A stretch of DNA of 64,000 bases from a bacterium (GTDB lineage Bacteria > Patescibacteriota > Minisyncoccia > Phycocordibacterales > UBA2100). Shown here piece by piece: positions 56,932 to 64,000 of the stretch. A program made the position numbers and the translations under genes. Below the pieces are notes generated by a model. The model searched no databases and was not told the DNA's origin. It was given only the letters and a program-made list of their open reading frames with translations. The stretch covers positions 240,419 to 304,418 of the forward strand of contig JAYPJF010000001.1 of NCBI GenBank assembly GCA_038128225.1, written 5' to 3'. Within the stretch, counting starts at the first letter, position 1. Each line of letters starts with the position of its first letter.

Positions 56932-57960
56932 TTACGCAATTGTAGTGAGGTGGCCGCGAATTGTCTTAAGGATCGCATCAGCAACTTTCGGATTTTCTTT
57001 TAAAAACGAGCGTGCGGCATCGTACCCGCGGCCCAACGCTATTTCTTCAAATTTGTATGACGAACCTGATTTGGTTACGGTGCCAAACTTTTCACCGAGC
57101 GCCAAGAGCTCCCCTTCGCGAGAGATTCCTTCGTTATACATGAGATCAAATTCAGTCGTTCGGAATGGGGCAGCGACTTTATTTTTGACGATCTTCACAC
57201 GGTGTCGACCCCCCATAACCTCGTCGCCTTTTTTAATTTGTGCGATACGGCGTATATCGATTCGGACAGAAGTGTAAAACTTGAGCGCCTTACCACCTGG
57301 AGTCGTGTGTGGATTAACAAAAAATACTACAAACTGCATAAGAAATTTGTTGATGTAAATAACAACCCTTTTTTTTAGTGCCACAACAGCCGGAACTTTT
57401 ATTAGCGCTTGCGACATAAGGCGGGCTTGCTTACCAACGTGCTGCGCTCCCATATCACCCTCAATCTCGTCTTTGGGCGTAAGAGCAGCCACGGAGTCAA
57501 TGACGATAACATCGATTTTTCCAGATCTCACGAGCGACTCAACAATTTCAAGCGCTTGTTCACCATGGTCTGGTTGCGAAATAAGAAGGTCTTCAACTTT
57601 AACACCAATTCGTTTCGCATACTCGGGATCCATGGCGTGCTCAGCATCGATGTATGCGCAAATGCCGCCTGTTTTCTGCGCTTCAGCAACCGTATGAAGT
57701 GCAAGTGTTGTTTTTCCTGAAGATTCTGGCCCAAAAATCTCAACAATGCGGCCGCGTGGCATACCACCAATACCTAGTGCCCAGTCCACACCAACGGAAC
57801 CTGTTGAGATAGCCCCAATGCTTACTTTTGGTTTTTCACCCAAGGTCATTATAGACTCATCGCCAAATTTTGTTTTGATTTCCGAAATTGCGCGCTCAAT
57901 TTCTTTGAAACTTGGTTTACTTACCTCAGTCGGTTCTTCAACTTTTTTCTTTGCAGCCAT
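56932..57960 (-). CDS. recA: recombinase RecA
   Basis: Walker [24 protein letters not shown], full-length; L2-loop region unusually hydrophobic (see findings). Confidence 0.9.
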   Translation of the reverse strand: MAAKKKVEEPTEVSKPSFKEIERAISEIKTKFGDESIMTLGEKPKVSIGAISTGSVGVDWALGIGGMPRGRIVEIFGPESSGKTTLALHTVAEAQKTGGICAYIDAEHAMDPEYAKRIGVKVEDLLISQPDHGEQALEIVESLVRSGKIDVIVIDSVAALTPKDEIEGDMGAQHVGKQARLMSQALIKVPAVVALKKRVVIYINKFLMQFVVFFVNPHTTPGGKALKFYTSVRIDIRRIAQIKKGDEVMGGRHRVKIVKNKVAAPFRTTEFDLMYNEGISREGELLALGEKFGTVTKSGSSYKFEEIALGRGYDAARSFLKENPKVADAILKTIRGHLTTIA

Positions 57961-57984
57961 ATCGATTTTCTATAAATAATAGGT

Positions 57985-58383
57985 TTATTCTACACCAGGA
58001 CGGGGCGTGTCCAATGGCGTTATATCGATGCCCTGTGTGGTCGGTTGGTAGATCAGTTCAAGCACTTTTTCTTCGGTGCGTCCAAATTTGTCCGTAGCAG
58101 TAACCATAATGCGATTGTATCCCTGGGTAAGGACAACAGGCTCTTCAAACGCCCCACTTTCCGTAACAGGGATGGTTCTACCATTAATACGCAGCTCAGC
58201 AATACGCTCTGCTTTACCTTGTATCAAAACTACACGTTCTGTTACCTCTGTTGTCTCAGTAGTAAGTATAATATTTGGGCCATACACAATATTGCGTGCC
58301 TCAAATAATGCGTAGCCAATGATGCATAAAAACAAAATAGCGACACCGATCATCGCGGGAGTATTGTAACGGTACGGAATCAT
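57985..58383 (-). CDS. membrane-anchored hypothetical protein downstream of ftsK
   Basis: One N-terminal TM (MIGVAILFLCIIGYALF), beta-rich remainder; 4-bp overlap with ftsK. Confidence 0.45.
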   Translation of the reverse strand: MIPYRYNTPAMIGVAILFLCIIGYALFEARNIVYGPNIILTTETTEVTERVVLIQGKAERIAELRINGRTIPVTESGAFEEPVVLTQGYNRIMVTATDKFGRTEEKVLELIYQPTTQGIDITPLDTPRPGVE

Positions 58384-60569
58384 GATTCCTCGCCGCCGCC
58401 AGCTTCATCTGACTCTGGCACGCTGCTCGCGCCAAGAACCGTGCGTGGTTTTGCACCGTCGGCGGGACCGATCACGCCTCGTTGTTCAAGGAGGTCCATT
58501 AAACGTGCTGCACGAGAATATCCGACACGTAATTTTCGCTGTAGATACGAGGTGGACGCCCGACCGGAGTTGACCACCTCCTGTCTCGCTTCTTCATACA
58601 AAGAGTCGTCATCATCTTCAGTTTCTTCGCCAAAAGCATTTCCGCCCGTCGGAGGAGCGATTTCCGAGAAGTTGATTGCGTATTCTGAAGCGTCCGCTTC
58701 TCCTGCGGTTTCAACGATGTGTTTTACAATTTTATGTACCTCGTCTTCACTGATATACGGAGCTTGGATGCGCCGTGGTTTCGCCATTTCACCCGTGAGA
58801 AACAGCATATCCCCTGCTCCCAGTAGTTTCTCGGCACCACCCATATCAAGAATGGTTCGTGAGTCGATCTGTGAAGGCACTTGTAAGGCAATGCGCGCCG
58901 GAATGTTTGCCTTAATAAGACCCGTGATGACTTTCACGCTCGGGCGCTGTGTAGAAAGGATCAGATGAATACCAACGGCCCGACTCATCTGAGCAAGGCG
59001 CACAATACCCGCCTCAAGTTCACGCGGATAGAGTTGCATAATCTCGGAAAGTTCATCGATAAGGACGACAATATACGGGAGCGTTTCTGGAAGCTCTGCA
59101 TCTGGATCTCCTTTATGTCGTTCGAGTGCGGGTTGCACGACGTTTTTATGGTACGAACTGATGTCGCGTACCTTCTCAGTCTCCAAAATATCGTATCGGC
59201 GGGCCATCTCTTTTGCGAGCCACTTAAGTGCAACAATCGCTTTTTTAGGATCAGTAATAACCGGAGTGAGTAGGTGGGGAATGGAGTTATATCCAGTCAG
59301 CTCGACACGTTTTGGATCAACCATGACAAAACGTAGCTGGTCTGGGCCGAGGCGGTACAGAAGGGAGACGATGATGTTGTGTGCCATCACTGATTTACCT
59401 GACCCGGTTGCGCCAGCGATAAGTAGGTGCGGGGCTCGTGCGAGGTCAGCAAAATGTGGTTGCCCAGTAATCGACCTTCCGAGAGCTATGAGCAGTGGTT
59501 TGTCCGATTCAACGAACTCTTTATCAGACAAAAGTGGACCGAGACCAAGTACTGTCCTTGATGTGTTGGGGACTTCTATACCGACCAAGGACTTGCCAGG
59601 TATAGGTGCCTCTATACGCAAGGGAGAAGCTGCTAGACCCAATTCTATATTACTTTGAAGTGCAACTATTTTCGCCAATCGGACACCTTCAGCGGGCTTC
59701 AGTGCGTATCGTGTTACGGTCGGTCCAATAGAGACCTCGTCCATCTCAACTTCGATACCAAAGTTTTGGAGCGTCCTTTTAATGATATTCATGTTGGCTT
59801 TAATGTCCCCGGTCGAAGGTTTCCCTTTGTTGCCAGCAAGGATTGATAGTGGCGGTGGTGTATACACACTGTGCGCGCGGATCGAAGATCGTTTCGCCTT
59901 TTCGAAACCCATCATTCCAAAAAGACTCTCTTTTGTGTCGCTAACTTCAGGTTGCGGTACTGCGTCTGGGTGCTCGTCGGGTTCAATACTGACTGTTGCC
60001 ACGGGTTCTTGTTGCTGTATTTCTGAAGTTGTTTCCGAACCAATCTCTTCAGGTTTTTGAGAAAATCGGTTCTTGAAAAATGTGATGATTGCGCCTGGGT
60101 GTACGTCAAACGAAATCATTAAAGCGGCACAGACGAACGCAGCCAGGAACACGGTTGCGGCAACAACATCGATCGCTTTTGTAAGCGGTTCGGCAATGTA
60201 CTTACCAACAATGCCTGCCTGCCCAGGGAGCAGGATGTTTAGAAGTCCTAGTGCCGCGAGAAGGAAAAGAGCCACTCCCCCAAGCCGTACGTATCCAAAA
60301 TAGTCTGTATTGTACGCTTTGAATAATGTGAATGCGGCGATAAAGAACGAAAGTGGCAATAGCGCATATCCAACACCAAGGAGAAAAGAGAGCCATGAAA
60401 AAAGCGTAGAGCCTACAAATCCACCAAGTTCAAATGCTGACAAGATAAAAAAGATCCCAGCGGCGAGAAAAAAAACGCCTATAACGCCACGCATGGTCTC
60501 AGATTGCGCAAATGATACAGTGGCTCCTTCGAGCGCTTGTTCCTCATTTTTCTTACGTTTTTTCGCCAT
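58380..60569 (-). CDS. ftsK: DNA translocase FtsK/SpoIIIE
   Basis: N-terminal 4 TM, linker, motor domain with Walker A LLIAGATGSGKS, and C-terminal gamma-domain-like winged helix (YLQRKLRVGYSRAARLMDLLEQRGVIG). Confidence 0.85.
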   Translation of the reverse strand: MAKKRKKNEEQALEGATVSFAQSETMRGVIGVFFLAAGIFFILSAFELGGFVGSTLFSWLSFLLGVGYALLPLSFFIAAFTLFKAYNTDYFGYVRLGGVALFLLAALGLLNILLPGQAGIVGKYIAEPLTKAIDVVAATVFLAAFVCAALMISFDVHPGAIITFFKNRFSQKPEEIGSETTSEIQQQEPVATVSIEPDEHPDAVPQPEVSDTKESLFGMMGFEKAKRSSIRAHSVYTPPPLSILAGNKGKPSTGDIKANMNIIKRTLQNFGIEVEMDEVSIGPTVTRYALKPAEGVRLAKIVALQSNIELGLAASPLRIEAPIPGKSLVGIEVPNTSRTVLGLGPLLSDKEFVESDKPLLIALGRSITGQPHFADLARAPHLLIAGATGSGKSVMAHNIIVSLLYRLGPDQLRFVMVDPKRVELTGYNSIPHLLTPVITDPKKAIVALKWLAKEMARRYDILETEKVRDISSYHKNVVQPALERHKGDPDAELPETLPYIVVLIDELSEIMQLYPRELEAGIVRLAQMSRAVGIHLILSTQRPSVKVITGLIKANIPARIALQVPSQIDSRTILDMGGAEKLLGAGDMLFLTGEMAKPRRIQAPYISEDEVHKIVKHIVETAGEADASEYAINFSEIAPPTGGNAFGEETEDDDDSLYEEARQEVVNSGRASTSYLQRKLRVGYSRAARLMDLLEQRGVIGPADGAKPRTVLGASSVPESDEAGGGEES

Positions 60570-60728
60570 TGTACTTCAGTTAAACTGGCACCTAAGTACA
60601 CTCAGGTGTCATTACGATAATACCACGCTACAACGAGGCAGTGGTTTCCATGGTTGTGCACTTGCGGAATGAGCCTGTGTCCTATATATAATCTTACTAT
60701 CCGCTACACTTCGTTTCGAAGACACCTC

Positions 60729-61481
60729 ATGGATCAAAAAAAGGACATACAAGAGAGTAAAAGGGAGAACCCACTCGAGAGCGCGATCTATGAGACAAAA
60801 ATTGATCCTTTCGGACACAATATATCGGGTAAACAGTCGTATACAAGAGCAGAAAGAATATTTGCTGCCGTATATCTGCTTACAAAAAGGACACCAGAGA
60901 ATGAGCTTATCCGCGCTAGGGTGCGCGAAAGCGCGGATGAACTTCTGCGTACGGTCATGTCTCTTAAAGATGGAGTACGTCAACTACAGACAGAGGTTGT
61001 AAACCAGATACATGCGCGTGCGCGTGAGATTGTCTCTTATGTAGGCATTCTCGTACTTTCCGGATACGTATCGAAGGCGAACGCAGAAGTTCTTGTGGGC
61101 GCACTCGATGACCTTGTCGCTTTCATAAACACTACCAGAGCGAGCGGATTTTCTGAACCGCATGTACTCGAACGCGAAGATTTGTCTCCACAGCGGCGAA
61201 CGATTGTTTCAGACGAAGCACTGGCGGTTTCTGTACCACATATGTCTGTAAAGCCGTTGCGTCAGCGTAAACCATTTAAACAGAAGCAGAAAGAAGGAGG
61301 TAGGCGCGATATGATTTTGAGCGTTTTGCGGCTCGGTGGCTCATATGGAATCAGAGAGATCCATTCCCAGGTACTGGGTTGTAGCGAAAAAACTATTCAG
61401 CGGGAATTGGCGGCGCTAACTAGTGAGGGTATCGTTAAAAAAGAAGGGGAAAAACGCTGGAGCCGTTACTTCATCGCATAG
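60729..61481 (+). CDS. hypothetical protein with C-terminal winged-helix DNA-binding-like domain
   Basis: C-terminal GGSYGIREIHSQVLGCSEKTIQRELAALTSEGIVKKEG resembles wHTH; rest helical; start taken at MDQKK. Confidence 0.4.
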   Translation: MDQKKDIQESKRENPLESAIYETKIDPFGHNISGKQSYTRAERIFAAVYLLTKRTPENELIRARVRESADELLRTVMSLKDGVRQLQTEVVNQIHARAREIVSYVGILVLSGYVSKANAEVLVGALDDLVAFINTTRASGFSEPHVLEREDLSPQRRTIVSDEALAVSVPHMSVKPLRQRKPFKQKQKEGGRRDMILSVLRLGGSYGIREIHSQVLGCSEKTIQRELAALTSEGIVKKEGEKRWSRYFIA

Positions 61482-62084
61482 ACATTCGTAGGGAGAAGGG
61501 TACTGAATTCTGGCTACGCGGCGGCTGTTATTTCTGGACAAAAACCCAGACTCTTTCGTGAATGCGATCTCGTGGCGAAAAGCTTTGACTTTGCAACGGT
61601 TTAGCGGTACCGTGTCCAGGACCACGTAGCTTGCGCCATTAGGCGTTTGCTGTGTTGGTTATCCACACGGGCAATAGTTTTTACGATGGTAGAGACTATC
61701 GCGACTGTATAATATTCGGAATGTGGGGATGCTACGTAAGTTTGTAGCGTCTTACACGTCTCTGTAACGGATGTTGTGGATGTTTTGAAAGAAGATCATT
61801 GACAATTTAATAAGGAATAAGCGAGTAGAAGTCTCGTGGTCAAAACTTCATCTTCAGCACATACAGATGTGTTCCGTCATTTCCGAAAGACCGCATGACC
61901 AAAACATTCATTGCTAACTTCGTTCGCACGAGTGCATCGTGAGCTCGAGATAGCATTAATCGTGTTTATTAGTGTCGGCATCGAAAGGTGCCAACGCATC
62001 ACTCTCCCGTCGAAGGAGAGTAGTGCAACCGGAGCTCTCACACATTTAGTAGTAAAAGAGCACTGGTTACCATTAGATAAAAAT

Positions 62085-64000
62085 TATGATGAAAACTTTA
62101 GCAACAAACAAAGTTGCGGCAGTTGTCGTCGGACTCGGTCTCGTACTTGCGTTCGGTTTTGCATACGCAACACCAGCGAAAGCACAGAGCGTTTCTGATT
62201 TGCAAGCTCAAATCAATAGCTTGCTCGCAACAATCGCACAACTCCAGTCACAGATCGCAGGACAAACCGGCGGTACGACGACTGGCGGTTCGTGTACAGG
62301 CTTTACATTCACCCGCAATCACAAACAAGGTGAGACTGGAGGTGAGGTAATGGAAATCCAGAAGTTCTTGAACAAGATGGCAGACACGCAAGTAGCTGCT
62401 ACTGGCGCAGGTTCTCCTGGTAACGAAACGAGCTACTTTGGTCCAGCGACCAAGGCAGCTATTATCAAGTATCAGAACAAGTACGCTTCAGCGATCCTTA
62501 CCCCAGTCGGGTTGACCGCTGGAACAGGTAACTGGGGCGCTTCAACACGCGCACATGCAAACAGCATGAACGCAAATTGTGGCACCGGTACTGGTACGGG
62601 CACAGGAACAGGCACTCCTACGGGAACCGGCCTCGTTGTTGCTGCAACCGCACAACCTGCAAACGCACTTGCTCCTGAACTTGCTGCTCGTGTTCCGTTC
62701 ACCATGCTTACCCTCACGAACGCTTCGGGTGCTGCAGTGACGGTCAACGGAATCAACGTTGAACGCACTGGTTCAGCAGCTGACGCGGTCTTCTCAGGTA
62801 TCGTCGTGATCGACGAGACAGGTATGCAACTCGGTGTTCAGAAGACTCTGAACTCAAACCACCAGGCAAAAGTTGGCGATCCGTTCGTCATCCAACCTGG
62901 TCAGACAAAGACCCTCACTATCGCAGGTAACATGGCAACAACTTTGGATAACTACCAAGGTCAGATTGCATCACTCTCTGTGATCGGTGTTGACACTACA
63001 GCAACCGTTTCTGGTTCGCTCCCAATCACGGGCGCAAGCCACACGATCAACTCAACCCTCACCATCGGAACTCTTCCAATGACTCAGGGTACAGCTGATC
63101 CTGACGCGAGTTCAAACCGCGAAATCGGCATCACCAACTTCCTCTTCCAGTCAGTACGCGCAACCGCGGGTTCTGCAGAAGATGTATGGGTGAAATCAAT
63201 TCGTTGGAACCAAACCGGTTCAATCGGTGGTGGTGACATCGCAAACGTTCGCACTGTAGTTGATGGTGTTGAGTACCCTGCTACGCTTTCAGCTGATGGC
63301 AAGTACTACACAACCGTCTTCTCAGGTAACGGTTTGAAGATCGAAAAAGGTCTTCAGAAAGAATTCGAAATCAAAGCTAACCTCGTTGGTGGCTCGGGCC
63401 GCACGATCGCGTTTGATATCTACAAAGCAACTGATATCTACGCTGTTGGTGGTACCTATGGTTACGGCATCACGCCTACCCAAAGCGAAGGTGGTACTGC
63501 ATCTGATGCAACCTCAGAGTTCACTGCTGGCACACCGTTCTTTGACGGTGCGACAGTTACGGTAACTGGTGGTTCAGTCACGTCAGTATCTCGTGCAAAC
63601 GAAGTTCCTGCACAGAACGTTGTAGAGAACACTCCGAACCAAGCAATCGGTGGTTTCGTAGTTGATCTCAAGGGTGAAGCAATCTCAGTGCAGCAAATGG
63701 TGTTCCATGTCGGTGTAAGTGGCTCAACCGCAGATGTTGCAGACGTGACCAACGTCACGCTTGTTGACGAAAACGGTGTTGTAGTCGCTGGCCCGGTAGA
63801 CGGTTCTGCAGGTTCAACTGACGCAGTGACCTTCACTGATACAGTGACCTTCCCAACTGGCCGTCACATCTACACCTTGAAGGGTAAGCTCGGAACTGAC
63901 TTCGCAAACGGAGACACAGTTTCAGCATCAACAACACCTTCAACTGACTGGTCAAACGTTACTGGTCAGTCAACAGGTGACACGATCTCGCTCTCATCAC
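62085..64000 (+). CDS. secreted surface protein with peptidoglycan-binding-like domain (partial; runs off 3' window edge)
   Basis: Frame open from ATGATG at 62085 to window end (absent from ORF track because no stop). Signal peptide MMKTLATNKVAAVVVGLGLVLAFGFAYATPAKAQS, coiled-coil (LQAQINSLLATIAQLQSQIA), PG_binding_1-like segment (CTGFTFTRNHKQGETGGEVMEIQKFLNKM...SYFGPATKAAIIKYQNKY), (GT)n linker, then beta-rich repeats. Confidence 0.6.

Noticed and set aside
61911-62350. Short ORFs 61911-62198 and 62114-62350
   Set aside because: They overlap the long signal-peptide-bearing ORF that starts at 62085 in another frame. The minus-strand ORFs at 62472-63836 are antisense to that gene. All are treated as spurious.
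1-64000. Alternative genetic code (UGA recoding, as in some candidate phyla)
   Set aside because: Long ORFs for conserved proteins (ileS, ftsK, argS, recA) are intact with standard stops, and several genes terminate with TGA directly at expected C-termini. There is no sign of stop-codon reassignment.

Overview
The window is a gene-dense, mostly co-directional stretch from a bacterial chromosome with few intergenic regions longer than 300 bp. Many genes meet at 4-bp ATGA-type junctions. I read about 65 protein genes, 6 tRNA genes, several intrinsic terminators and one perfect tandem duplication. I saw no CRISPR array, rRNA, transposase or integrase.

Informational and housekeeping genes dominate:
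- Aminoacyl-tRNA synthetases argS, ileS, glyQS and metG.
- secE-nusG-rplK, rplS, rpsF-ssb-rpsR and efp.
- recA, recO, ruvX, ftsK, tatD, uppS, an RluA-family pseudouridine synthase, and an AlkA-like glycosylase.
- A complete dTMP branch: thyA, folA, a dcd-like gene, tmk and two Nudix genes.

The accessory content is dominated by cell-surface biology:
- A 9.5-kb ORF encoding a giant protein of more than 3186 aa, whose 5' end probably lies outside the window.
- A type IV pilus set: a prepilin with a class-III signal peptide, pilM, and N-like and O-like components, with no secretin visible.
- Two tandem paralogous secreted proteins sharing a 667-bp identical segment, and several other secreted Cys-rich or Met-rich proteins.
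- A C39-like peptidase/Ig-like protein and a partial peptidoglycan-binding surface protein at the 3' edge.

Several features would fit a small-genome, monoderm, Patescibacteria/CPR-like organism, but this is inference, not a database result. They are the giant surface protein, pili without a secretin, rplK not followed by rplA, and extended SecE, L19 and S6.

The most interesting points are:
- The surface/pilus module with its shared Cys-framed domain family.
- The perfect tandem duplication.
- A MucR/Ros-type zinc-finger regulator and an NPPY methyltransferase next to tRNA-Ser.
- A Met-rich, Cys-rich secreted protein that may bind metal.
- A terminator-containing leader in front of ileS.
- A roughly 600-bp ORF-free region near the 3' end.

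All functional calls come from motif recognition by eye. None has been confirmed by a search.
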